Origin: a virus
Taxonomy: Duplodnaviria; Caudoviricetes
Direction: 5' to 3' (one strand)
DNA: 32,093 nucleotides
IMG/VR virus record: IMGVR_UViG_3300016467_000679
Location: 1 to 32,093 of that record
Shown here: positions 9,230 through 17,303 of the stretch, piece after piece
How positions within the stretch are numbered: position 1 is the first letter of the stretch
How the letters are laid out: each line of letters begins with the position of its first letter
Notes under the pieces: model-generated
Told to the model about the DNA's origin: nothing
What the model saw: only the letters and a program-made list of their open reading frames with translations
The model's database searches: none
Program-made: the position numbers and the translations under genes

Positions 9230-10617
9230 CAGATGGTCGCCCTATTGAGTGCGCTGTAGTCCAGCGGCTTTGATTCCCAACCACCGATGACGCGAGAGTC
9301 ACCAGCCGCTCCTAGAGCGCAGTACTGGATGGCGTCACCGATGTGCGAATAGCGGTTCTTGTCCGGGACGTCCTGGTAACGGTCCTCGCCGGATACTTGA
9401 AGGCGGCGGTACTTGTAACCACCGGAGAGAGCTTTTCTGGCCAGTTTGGCCTTCGGGCTGACGGCAAATGCCGGACGCCCAGCAAAATCCAGGCGACCCA
9501 TGAAATCAGCGACGACTTCGCGTCTTTTGGTGAAATCGTTGGTCATGGCAGGCACGACGTTGATCCCAAGATTCCAGAGGATCTGAAATGGAGTCCGCTC
9601 ATCGGTTTGTGCGCGTTGCTCACCGGCAGGATCGCCGACGATCTCGACCAGGCAATTGCGGTATTCCGTCTGAAGCTTCTGCTTGAGGAGACGGCCAAAG
9701 TTCATGGCCCCCATGTCCTCACAGACCAATTCGTCAATGATCTGGAACTGCCCCGAGATATCGAGCTGGCCAATGCAGGCGGCCGGGGTCAAACCGAAGT
9801 CGATACCGACCACAATCTGTTTGCCGGGTTCGAGCTCCTGGTGCGTTGCGTGGATCTCATCGCGATACTCAGGCCAGATCGGCTTTCCGTCTGAAATGAA
9901 GCCGTATTTTCCGTGGACATAAACATCGACCCACTGCTGATCCTTACCGGCAATCATGTTGCTGTAGTAAGCAGGGGGAAGGTTTTCGATGTTCTCGGCT
10001 TCTGCTGAGAGACCTGAGGGCTGTTTGTAGATTTCGAAGCCTGTCGGCCGATCCTCTTCGAAAAGCCGATACCACCAATGATCTGAATCGGGCGGATTGG
10101 TGTCAGCAATGATGCCGAACCATGACGCGCCCCCATCTCGCTTTGAAGGGTAACGACCGACACGGCCCTGGAGCATATCGAGGACCGCTTTTGGCACCTC
10201 ACGGGCCTCATTGACCCATGCGCCTGTCAATTCGAGCGAGAGGAGCTTCTTGATGTCATCAGGACGATCCAGAGCACGAAACAGGAGCTCAAGCTCAACT
10301 GTTGTGCCGTCATCTAAGTTCTGGATGAAGGTCCACTGCATGTCGGCCTGCTTCCAGGTGCCGAGATCCTGAGGAAACCAATCGAACCAGGTCTTCGTCG
10401 TGGTATCGATCAGTTCCCGGTAAGTGTTTCGGATGATGGCCCAGCGGGATTTCCGCTTGCCATCGAAAGCTCGCTGTTCGCATGCGCGGCGCATGACCTC
10501 GCTGCAGCATCCGACAGACTTCCCTGATCCGATCGGACCCATCACCGCACGGACAAACGCATCAGACCTATGGAAGGCCTTCATCGTCGGACTGGCGTTG
10601 TAGGTCACTGCTGTCAC
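9229..10617 (-). CDS. terL: Terminase large subunit
   Basis: Walker A GPIGSGKS, Walker B WVNEARE, coupling motif DTNPP, RNase H-like GIDFG and the terminal H..DA motif. Confidence 0.93.
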   Translation of the reverse strand: MTAVTYNASPTMKAFHRSDAFVRAVMGPIGSGKSVGCCSEVMRRACEQRAFDGKRKSRWAIIRNTYRELIDTTTKTWFDWFPQDLGTWKQADMQWTFIQNLDDGTTVELELLFRALDRPDDIKKLLSLELTGAWVNEAREVPKAVLDMLQGRVGRYPSKRDGGASWFGIIADTNPPDSDHWWYRLFEEDRPTGFEIYKQPSGLSAEAENIENLPPAYYSNMIAGKDQQWVDVYVHGKYGFISDGKPIWPEYRDEIHATHQELEPGKQIVVGIDFGLTPAACIGQLDISGQFQIIDELVCEDMGAMNFGRLLKQKLQTEYRNCLVEIVGDPAGEQRAQTDERTPFQILWNLGINVVPAMTNDFTKRREVVADFMGRLDFAGRPAFAVSPKAKLARKALSGGYKYRRLQVSGEDRYQDVPDKNRYSHIGDAIQYCALGAAGDSRVIGGWESKPLDYSALNRATI

Positions 10618-11132
10618 TTGTCGCCCATGTTGAAATTGAACGAGAACCCTTTGCCGTTCAGGTCGACCTCTGACTTATCGGTGAACAACTTGAGGTGTCG
10701 TCCAAGGAGTTCGAGGTTTTTGGATTTGTCCGCCAGCTTCACTTTCATCACCGAGGCGTAACCGATTTCGTCATTGCCTTTGGTGACGACTTCAAGCCCT
10801 GCAATGGCGGCTGCGGTATCGTCATCAAGCTGGGAAACATGAATGGGCTCTCCAGCGTCATCGAACATTTTTCTGGGGTCGAAGAACGCAAGCTTTGCGA
10901 TCTCGTTCAGCACCCTTTCGGCAGTGATGCCGGTTTTTGCTGCCCTTTTGTCCATTCCGGCCTGAATGGCATCAGCAACACAGGTTTTCCCAAGCAACTC
11001 AGGACCAATCCTGTCGGCCGTTTTCGCGCTGTATCCAGCCCTTATCGCAGCCTGAGTCGAGTTCAAATCGATCAGGTATTCCCTGACGAAGGTCTCCTGT
11101 TTTGGGGTTAGTTTTTTGATCTTTTCAGCCAT
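10614..11132 (-). CDS. terS: Terminase small subunit
   Basis: LTPKQETFVREYLIDLNSTQAAIRAGYSAKTA signature and KNLELLGRHLKLFTDK. Confidence 0.93.
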   Translation of the reverse strand: MAEKIKKLTPKQETFVREYLIDLNSTQAAIRAGYSAKTADRIGPELLGKTCVADAIQAGMDKRAAKTGITAERVLNEIAKLAFFDPRKMFDDAGEPIHVSQLDDDTAAAIAGLEVVTKGNDEIGYASVMKVKLADKSKNLELLGRHLKLFTDKSEVDLNGKGFSFNFNMGDK

Positions 11133-11206
11133 AAAGGTTGGTCCCTGGGACTCCTTGTTGTGATGGCCAAGATCTGGAGAGCTGCTGCCAGAACTTGGGC
11201 AGCCTG

Positions 11207-11242
11207 ATGATAGGTACGGGGTACGGTATTCATGCGTACCCC
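11207..11242 (-). promoter_or_regulatory. Candidate late promoter with palindromic protein-binding site
   Basis: GGGGTACG-N9-CGTACCCC (11218-11242) lies just upstream of a minus-strand TATCAT (11207-11212) in the gap before terS; no good -35. Confidence 0.4.
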
Positions 11243-11261
11243 TACGGATAACGAATCCCTG

Positions 11262-11492
11262 TCAGGATTGTTTAAGACGCAGACGGGTTGCGGTCTGGTT
11301 TCTTCTGAGGAATGTGCAGATGGATTGAATGGTCGATTTTGAGGTCTCGAACTTCTCAGCAATGATGCGGTAGCTCATGCCTTGCTCGTTCAGTTGCCGG
11401 ATCTGTTCGACTTCGTGGTCTGTCAATGTGGCTCTTGGATGGTATTGCCCCACCCGAAAGCCGCGATCATTAACCGGTATCTTCTCGATCAT
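11262..11492 (-). CDS. Small helix-turn-helix protein (possible late regulator)
   Basis: LTDHEVEQIRQL..GMSYRIIAEKFETSKSTIQSI HTH pattern; last gene before the terS gap. Confidence 0.75.
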   Translation of the reverse strand: MIEKIPVNDRGFRVGQYHPRATLTDHEVEQIRQLNEQGMSYRIIAEKFETSKSTIQSICTFLRRNQTATRLRLKQS

Positions 11493-11658
11493 CGTTCCCC
11501 CAACGAACCGTGAAGTAATCAGGAAATTGACGTTGAACTTGCTCGATTGCGTTCTCGATGCGAATCTTGCGTTCCAGATCGGTTTCGCCAGGTTTCACCA
11601 TGGCCGCTTTCTGGAGAATCTTTTGAGCTATGGGTGGAAGGAGTCCGCCGTAGGTCAT
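11470..11658 (-). CDS. Hypothetical protein
   Basis: ATGA overlap with the upstream gene; fills the operon. Confidence 0.65.
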   Translation of the reverse strand: MTYGGLLPPIAQKILQKAAMVKPGETDLERKIRIENAIEQVQRQFPDYFTVRWGNDDREDTG

Positions 11659-11942
11659 TGGCTCCTCACATCATTCGCTTGTTTCCTTTCGAGTGAATCG
11701 ACTACAAGTTGGGCATACCCAGCAATATCTGCCCATGAATCGATGTAGTACGGATCACCATTCAGAATTCTTGCGATCTTGTGAGCCATCATTTCTAGGG
11801 CCTCGCAATGACATGTGTGCATTTCGTTCCATTCGACGTAACGCCTCATCACTGCTTTCAAGTCCTGAGCAATGTCTGCGTGGCTCTCAAAGCTTCCATA
11901 TCTTTTCCCGCGCTCTTCAAGGATCGACCGTATGTCGCTCAT
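11655..11942 (-). CDS. DUF6378-like phage protein
   Basis: L.ERG.RYG and HKIARILNGDP...DSW.DIAGYA.L signature. Confidence 0.8.
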   Translation of the reverse strand: MSDIRSILEERGKRYGSFESHADIAQDLKAVMRRYVEWNEMHTCHCEALEMMAHKIARILNGDPYYIDSWADIAGYAQLVVDSLERKQANDVRSQ

Positions 11943-12376
11943 ACCCCAGAGCTCCCAAACCCTTTTTCACCCCGCTCCGTATCACCAAGGCTTCCAACCC
12001 GAATGAATTCGGCTTGAACCACGGGTGATAGAACGCCCTGGGCAATCTTCATCCCAGGCTGAACTGTGAAGCTGTCCCACTCGTCGATGTTGGCGAGGAC
12101 CACGCCAATTTCCCCGCGATACCCTGAATCAATCGTTCCTGGAGAATTCGCCACCACCACGCCATAACTGCTGGCCATGCCAGATCTGGATCTGATCTGT
12201 AATTCATAACCATCGGGGATGGCCATCTTGATGCCAGTCGGAATAATTTCCCGGTTGCCGGGGTAGATCGTGATTGGCTTTGAGTTGGCTGCTACCAGGT
12301 CAAATCCTGCATCGCCTGAGTGGGCATACTTTGGGAGTTCTTTGGATGTAACGATGTGGACAGGAATAGAAATCAC
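11939..12376 (-). CDS. dut: Trimeric dUTPase
   Basis: All five motifs: AGFDL, RSGMA, GTIDSGYRGEI, IAQ, RGEKGFGSSG. Start moved to the GTG at 12376 (GTGA overlap with the upstream small gene). Confidence 0.93.
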   Translation of the reverse strand: MISIPVHIVTSKELPKYAHSGDAGFDLVAANSKPITIYPGNREIIPTGIKMAIPDGYELQIRSRSGMASSYGVVVANSPGTIDSGYRGEIGVVLANIDEWDSFTVQPGMKIAQGVLSPVVQAEFIRVGSLGDTERGEKGFGSSGV

Positions 12377-12501
12377 TTCAGCTTGCTCCAGATGAAATTG
12401 AAAAGTTGCAGGATCCAGATCACCCCGCAAAAAGCGATGATCCAGGCAATGAGAACGATCCAGATAAACGGGCTCAACCACGACACGATTGGCATTTCCA
12501 T
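12373..12501 (-). CDS. Small single-pass membrane protein (about 42 aa)
   Basis: Hydrophobic PFIWIVLIAWIIAFCGVIWILQLF; its stop overlaps the dUTPase GTG. Confidence 0.55.
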   Translation of the reverse strand: MEMPIVSWLSPFIWIVLIAWIIAFCGVIWILQLFNFIWSKLK

Positions 12502-12635
12502 CCCTTCCGTTTGATCCCTTTCCCTTTCGGGACAAAATGCTTTCCGCCCTCGCAAAACCAGAACCCTGAGGTTGCGATATCTCCGAATGCGGTTTTGTGT
12601 ACTGGCTCTTTGGTTTTTGGCCTTGGGTGTGCCAT
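12474..12635 (-). CDS. Small Zn-finger-like protein (53 aa)
   Basis: ATG at 12635 with GGAGGAG RBS and TGATG coupling; C-x3-H...C-x2-C ligands. Confidence 0.6.
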   Translation of the reverse strand: MAHPRPKTKEPVHKTAFGDIATSGFWFCEGGKHFVPKGKGIKRKGWKCQSCRG

Positions 12636-12988
12636 CAGAACTCCTCCATTTCCCATCCGCCGCCGTTCTTTTTGGTTTTGGCTTTGACTGATACAAATCG
12701 AAACGGATATTGGCTTGCGGCGACCTTGATCTTGACCCTGGCGTCATCGGTCCAGTGGCCTTTCACTTCATGCGCTTCAATCTGCCCATCGTTCAGCATC
12801 ACGATGAAATCGGGGCTGTAGAACGTGTTATCGGCCAGTCGAAACTTAAGACCCTCGAATCGATACCAGAGGATTTCTCCCGTGTTTTGTCGCGCCCTGA
12901 GCAGGTCTTCATAGGCTGACTCTGTTTTGTTCCTCTCGCCTGTCCTCAGGCGGCCTAATGCGTACATTCGCTTCAAGCTTGAGGCCAC
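12635..12988 (-). CDS. DUF1064-like PD-(D/E)xK nuclease
   Basis: YSPDF...EAHEVKG motif and KIKVAA. Confidence 0.82.
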   Translation of the reverse strand: MASSLKRMYALGRLRTGERNKTESAYEDLLRARQNTGEILWYRFEGLKFRLADNTFYSPDFIVMLNDGQIEAHEVKGHWTDDARVKIKVAASQYPFRFVSVKAKTKKNGGGWEMEEF

Positions 12989-13158
12989 TTAGACCCCCTT
13001 CTCATCTCCACCAGGGCTTCAGCTCTGGCTGTAAGAACGCTCATCCCAAGGTTGTCGAGCTTGATGCTGACCCGCTCCTCGAAAGCCTCAATATCGGCAT
13101 CGTTTGCTTGGGGGTAATGTCGGCACAGCCAGTCTTCATCCGTTTCCTGCTCCCTCAT
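12973..13158 (-). CDS. Hypothetical protein
   Basis: ATGA overlap; contains the EAFEER motif common in small phage genes. Confidence 0.65.
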   Translation of the reverse strand: MREQETDEDWLCRHYPQANDADIEAFEERVSIKLDNLGMSVLTARAEALVEMRRGSKWPQA

Positions 13159-13481
13159 GCGACCTTCCGATATTTCCTGACATACCTGGAATGGTTCGAG
13201 GCCTTGACTGATTTTTCGAAACCCACGACCTCGACCTTACCGTTTTCGAGAAGGGGTCTGATGAACTTTGCAAACTGGGCTGATTTCACTTGTGGCGAAT
13301 GGGGTTCTTCATTCACAACCAACTTGATGAAAGCGTTCACCTGGTCACCTGAAAATGTCAGGCCATCAGGTAGTCCAGAAATGTATTGATGGGCGAGCAC
13401 CAGGTACTCTTTGGTCCACCGTCCAGGCTCGTTGGCGATTGCCGCTTCCTGTCCCTGATCGCGCAAACTGTCTCCGTTCAC
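13155..13481 (-). CDS. Hypothetical phage protein
   Basis: Coupled overlaps on both ends. Confidence 0.7.
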   Translation of the reverse strand: MNGDSLRDQGQEAAIANEPGRWTKEYLVLAHQYISGLPDGLTFSGDQVNAFIKLVVNEEPHSPQVKSAQFAKFIRPLLENGKVEVVGFEKSVKASNHSRYVRKYRKVA

Positions 13482-13669
13482 AGAACCCTCCCGAACCCTT
13501 TGATCTTCACTTGAACTGATGCCGGCTTTCCGAACTCTTGGCTGATCTCTGTCAGAAACTTAGCCATCTCTGGATTGGTCTTGATGATTTCCCATTTGCG
13601 CTGGCGTTCTTCCTGAATCCCCTCGCATCGTTTTTTGAGCTTGGCAAAGCTGGCTTCGAAATCCGTCAT
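13478..13669 (-). CDS. Hypothetical protein
   Basis: Coupled overlaps on both ends. Confidence 0.65.
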   Translation of the reverse strand: MTDFEASFAKLKKRCEGIQEERQRKWEIIKTNPEMAKFLTEISQEFGKPASVQVKIKGFGRVL

Positions 13670-13869
13670 GCCGCCTTCCTCACCTTGAAGCGCTTTTGCA
13701 TCTTCTCTGGCTGATCAGGTTTCTTTTCGGTGACCCCAAGCTCGGTCATCTTTCGTTGCCACGAAACGCAAACTGGACATGTATGCGCTGCAACTAAATG
13801 CCTTGTGCCGTCGAAGATCATTTGGCATGTGCAAGCGACTGGATCGAAATCCTCAAGCGGCTTTTCCAT
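13666..13869 (-). CDS. Small Cys-rich protein
   Basis: CTC...CPVC motif; overlaps neighbours. Confidence 0.6.
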   Translation of the reverse strand: MEKPLEDFDPVACTCQMIFDGTRHLVAAHTCPVCVSWQRKMTELGVTEKKPDQPEKMQKRFKVRKAA

Positions 13870-14578
13870 GATCGTCCTCCATGAGTTGACGATCCTTCTC
13901 CTCGACTTCGAGCTTGATTTGATCGAGGTTGTCTATCTGGCCGGATTTCAATGCGGCTTTCAGCTTCGCCAAAAACTCACGGCCTTTCTCCTCATTGACG
14001 GTTCCCTTTGTGCCCTCAAGAAGCCCAGCAACGAGCGGGGAATGGAATTCGATTTCTGCAAGGTGCGGCGCTGCATCCTGTGCAGTGATTCGCCCAAGAC
14101 GGACAGCTTCATCGATTACGCAGCCGAGTGATGATTTGTCCCAACCTCTACTGATCACCCACTTGATCGGCTTTCCTGCGGCCATGGATGTTTCACAGAG
14201 ACGGTAGTAGGCATCCTTGAAGGCCATACGGGCGGCAATCTTGTCCCCTTCGTGAATCAGGGGAGCTGCGACTGAAAACGCACCCAGCATTTCCTCGGTG
14301 ACCACAGCGCTGGTCTCTTCGTCTTTCGGGACCATTGCCCAAGCTTCATCTGGACCAGGTTGCATCCCGTTGATCCGTTCGATAATCTCTTTCGACGTCG
14401 GCATGAACCTTGAGCTTCGGAGATGCGATGTAAATGCAATCCGAATCTGGTCCATGTCGAATTCGTGGAGGACTGCCCAAAACATTCGCAACAGGTTCTG
14501 AGAAGCTTCCTTGCCGTAAGCCTCAGCCGTTCCTCGAACAATGCTGGCAAATTCGTGCTTGTCTGCGTCAGTTAACAT
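13853..14578 (-). CDS. Probable helicase loader/inhibitor (replication protein P position)
   Basis: Directly after the initiator; contains W...L..F...I..A...H...SRFMPT and PGPDEAW, with IAARMAFKDAY. Start moved to 14578 (MLTDADK). Confidence 0.7.
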   Translation of the reverse strand: MLTDADKHEFASIVRGTAEAYGKEASQNLLRMFWAVLHEFDMDQIRIAFTSHLRSSRFMPTSKEIIERINGMQPGPDEAWAMVPKDEETSAVVTEEMLGAFSVAAPLIHEGDKIAARMAFKDAYYRLCETSMAAGKPIKWVISRGWDKSSLGCVIDEAVRLGRITAQDAAPHLAEIEFHSPLVAGLLEGTKGTVNEEKGREFLAKLKAALKSGQIDNLDQIKLEVEEKDRQLMEDDHGKAA

Positions 14579-15308
14579 CGATGATCCTCCCAGGCGTTGG
14601 GCCATAGACGAACTCGTCGACGGCGCGTTGAGCTCGCTGCTCCTTGAAATCGATCAGGGTTCTTGATTGGGATTTCTCGTTCCTGACCCAGTTTCGCCAG
14701 GTAGCCAGCCAATCGGTCTTGCGTCCGTCTTTCCCTGGCTTTGCGATCCAGTAGTCTTTGAACCTTGCGAAAGTCTGCTGTGGATCTAAGTCATGACGCT
14801 CTTGGATGCAGAATGATTTCCAATCTTCAGGAAGCTCAAGCTCGGGTCCGAGTCTTGTCGCGTCAACGACGCGTTCATCACTCCTTCCTTTCCCTTCCTT
14901 TCCCTTCCCTTCCCTTCCCTTCCCCTTGTGCATGCTTAAGCCGCGTGGGTCACGCGTGGACGACGCGTCAAAGGGGCTTGGTAGCTGACTTTTCGATTCT
15001 CGGTTGTTGATGACCTGATGAGCAGTGAAATTAGTCACAAAACCGTACTTTTCACCCGTCTCTGACTCGTACTCTTCAATGAATCCACGCGTGGCTAACG
15101 CGTCGAGGACGCGTGAAAAGTCGCATTTGTCGTATGGAAGAACATCAATCTTGAGTTGATTTGGCCTCCACTTGAATCGACCTTCTCGATCAGAAACGGT
15201 GAACAGTCCAATGAATGCCAAACGGATCGGAAGCTTTGTTTCCAGCTCCAATTCATAAAGCTCTTCATGCTTGAAGAGATCTGGCTTCACAGTTCTTATT
15301 CGACTCAT
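14568..15308 (-). CDS. Replication initiator protein
   Basis: MSRIRTVKP...GLF...DREG N-terminus, GKGREGKG linker, and C-terminal FKDYW...DWLATWRNW. Start at 15308 (ATGA overlap). Confidence 0.85.
   Translation of the reverse strand: MSRIRTVKPDLFKHEELYELELETKLPIRLAFIGLFTVSDREGRFKWRPNQLKIDVLPYDKCDFSRVLDALATRGFIEEYESETGEKYGFVTNFTAHQVINNRESKSQLPSPFDASSTRDPRGLSMHKGKGREGKGKEGKGRSDERVVDATRLGPELELPEDWKSFCIQERHDLDPQQTFARFKDYWIAKPGKDGRKTDWLATWRNWVRNEKSQSRTLIDFKEQRAQRAVDEFVYGPTPGRIIDVN
14858..15114. repeat. Putative replication origin: 11-bp-phased (A)CGCGT iterons flanking a polypyrimidine tract
   Basis: Copies start at 14858, 14869; 14941, 14952, 14963; 15087, 15098, 15109. A pure C/T run spans 14881-14927. 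Confidence 0.7.
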
Positions 15309-15532
15309 ACCACCCACCCCATCTCTGATTGCTGAGGGGTTTCCCCAGTCTCGATGTAATGCTCGAAAGCGACGCACCGGATGCCTGTTTCAGCACAGAA
15401 AGACCTCATGTCACCTGAGCACTGAAGGCAAGGTTCTGGTCCTACGGATGCCTTGAGAGCCGCCGGTGATTTGTTTTTGTCTATACGCATAAGCACTAAG
15501 CCCCAATTTGCCGCTAATTCGCCGCTAATCAT
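15305..15532 (-). CDS. Small Cys-rich hypothetical protein
   Basis: PCLQC...FC...C motif; overlaps both neighbours. Confidence 0.6.
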   Translation of the reverse strand: MISGELAANWGLVLMRIDKNKSPAALKASVGPEPCLQCSGDMRSFCAETGIRCVAFEHYIETGETPQQSEMGWVV

Positions 15533-15719
15533 CCGTTTCGGAATAGTTCTGAAAGGCCGAAACTATCTCTGCCTCGTGCTTTTCAAGAAATTCACGAATG
15601 GCCTGCCGTGTGAACTCGGCCTGGTTGTAATCCTTGGCAACCATCACGGCATTCATCCGGGTACAAATGCCTGGAGTGACTTTCACCCGAATTTCAATTT
15701 CGTATTTCGGCGGTTTCAT
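15525..15719 (-). CDS. Ribbon-helix-helix-like DNA-binding protein (cII position)
   Basis: Alternating strand IEIRVKV followed by two helices ending NQAEFTRQAIREFLE. Confidence 0.65.
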   Translation of the reverse strand: MKPPKYEIEIRVKVTPGICTRMNAVMVAKDYNQAEFTRQAIREFLEKHEAEIVSAFQNYSETDD

Positions 15720-15730
15720 GGAGGTTCCAG

Positions 15731-16033
15731 ATGGTGCTCAAACCCAGACAATCCGGTGTGGTCGCAATCTGCGATTGCGGTTCCAAATTCTTTATCCCCT
15801 CAGAGTCCGCGATTCGAACCGGGATCCTGTATTGCCCTTGCGGCGAACTCGAAAAAATCGAAATGTCGGTCTTCAACAAGATCATGCAAAAGACCTTCAA
15901 CGCATTCGTGGCAAAAAAATCCGGCAGGCCGTTAAGACCCACCGGCAAGTCAGAGGAGAGAAATCGCAATTTACGGAGCGATCAAACCGTGATTCAGAAA
16001 AAGATCGACTTTGAATTCGAGCCGCTGACATGA
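15731..16033 (+). CDS. Counter-oriented putative Zn-ribbon protein
   Basis: GGAGG 6 nt before the ATG; CDCG and CPCG knuckles; its stop abuts the cro stop exactly. Confidence 0.55.
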   Translation: MVLKPRQSGVVAICDCGSKFFIPSESAIRTGILYCPCGELEKIEMSVFNKIMQKTFNAFVAKKSGRPLRPTGKSEERNRNLRSDQTVIQKKIDFEFEPLT

Positions 16034-16270
16034 CTAAGCAGCCTTCCGGCGCTTTCCGCGAATGACGCTCCAGTCAGCATCTGGCCTGATCGATTCCACG
16101 GGAACGACCCCGTTGGTTTCGCGCTCAATGTTGATGGCCAGTTCACAGCTCGCTCGCTTCGCGCCCCAGGCAACAAAGCGAAGATGGGTTAAGGAAGCCC
16201 CACAGCGTTCAGCAAATGCCTCACGATCATCGATGGGGATCGTCTTGATGAATTCTTTGAGAGTGTTCAT
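16034..16270 (-). CDS. cro: Cro-like / YdaS-family HTH regulator
   Basis: FAERCGASLTHL...ASCELAINIERETNGVV...IRPD.DW; divergent from the repressor. Start moved to the ATG at 16270. Confidence 0.85.
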   Translation of the reverse strand: MNTLKEFIKTIPIDDREAFAERCGASLTHLRFVAWGAKRASCELAINIERETNGVVPVESIRPDADWSVIRGKRRKAA

Positions 16271-16277
16271 GGGCAAA

Positions 16278-16320
16278 ATATTACCCTTAGTGGTAACGAA
16301 GTGCAACACCACAAGTGAGA
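16278..16320 (-). promoter_or_regulatory. pR-like promoter and operators
   Basis: Minus strand TTGCAC-N17-TAATAT; palindrome TTACC-N6-GGTAA at 16281-16296 overlapping the spacer and -10; mirrored at 17873-17915. Confidence 0.75.
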
Positions 16321-16356
16321 ATTTCCATGGGTAATCAATTACCATCTAATTGACGA

Positions 16357-17064
16357 ATGAACATCAAAGACGTTAGAAGGAACAATGTGCTTGCTCTGAT
16401 TGATGCCAGGTTCAAAGGGAACCGTGCAGCATTTGCCAGAGACATAGGACGGCCAGCCCCAAATATCCACAGAATGCTTGCGGATGAAGAGAGCGGGATT
16501 GAGAAACGGGGGATTGGGGAAAAGCTTGCGAGGGACATTGAGGAGAAATTAGGTCTGGCACCCTATTTTCTTGACTCAATCAACATATTCCAGAACCAGC
16601 CTGGCGACAGGCTGACCATCATCGGAGCTGAAAACACCTCACCAGCCCCAGACATCAAAGCTCGCCAAATCCCTCTAATCTCCTGGGTACAGGCTGGCAA
16701 TTTCTGCACATCTCCCGACCTTCTTGCCCCAGGCGATGCCGAGCGCTGGCTTCCAAGCCATAAGAACCACGGGCCTCACACTTATGCTCTAAGGGTTCAT
16801 GGCTCCAGCATGGTTTCTCCCTATCCAGGGCAGCGCAGTTATCCCGAGGGGACGATCATTTACGTCGATCCAGACAAGCCGATCACCAATGGATGCCGGG
16901 TGGTTGCCAGGATCCATGACAGCGAAGAAGCCACGTTTAAGGAATACGTCGAAGACGCCGGGAAACGCTATCTAAGGCCTTTGAATCCGCAATTCCCCAC
17001 CATTGAGCTCACTGAGGGCATGCAGATCTGTGGGGTTGTGGTGCTGTCGACGATGGAAGAGTGA
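16357..17064 (+). CDS. cI: CI-like repressor with S24 peptidase domain
   Basis: N-terminal HTH, IPLISWVQAG cleavage site, G.SM catalytic Ser, TFK catalytic Lys, LRPLNPQFP. Confidence 0.93.
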   Translation: MNIKDVRRNNVLALIDARFKGNRAAFARDIGRPAPNIHRMLADEESGIEKRGIGEKLARDIEEKLGLAPYFLDSINIFQNQPGDRLTIIGAENTSPAPDIKARQIPLISWVQAGNFCTSPDLLAPGDAERWLPSHKNHGPHTYALRVHGSSMVSPYPGQRSYPEGTIIYVDPDKPITNGCRVVARIHDSEEATFKEYVEDAGKRYLRPLNPQFPTIELTEGMQICGVVVLSTMEE

Positions 17065-17117
17065 TTAAAGCCAAGTGACGTATTGAATCGAACCGTTCAG
17101 ACCCATACACTCGCGAT

Positions 17118-17303
17118 ATGAGCATCGAAGTAAAAATAGTCAAAGAAGAGCGTTTATCGGCAAACCAATTTGTTGTTGCCGCAAAATCCGATCGATCCAA
17201 TATCGAGCGGGTTGTCTTTGTTCCACCGAAAATCGGAGATGGGACATTCGGTGAGTTTCTCGTCACCTATAAATTTTCAAAACTGAAACGGTCCAATGGC
17301 TGA
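17118..17303 (+). CDS. Hypothetical protein downstream of cI
   Basis: 61 aa ORF overlapping the next gene by 8 nt; AT-richer segment. Confidence 0.6.
   Translation: MSIEVKIVKEERLSANQFVVAAKSDRSNIERVVFVPPKIGDGTFGEFLVTYKFSKLKRSNG

Noticed and set aside
11939-12535. N-terminally extended dUTPase (198 aa) and other long ORF-track starts (tail fibre 3560, initiator 15377, cro 16345, 24687)
   Set aside because: The extensions overlap other credible genes or promoters; downstream starts have coupled overlaps or match the family N-termini.
15694-15969. Minus-strand 91-aa ORF as the gene between cro and the RHH gene
   Set aside because: No RBS or recognisable motif; the plus-strand ORF has better signals, though this frame is not fully excluded.
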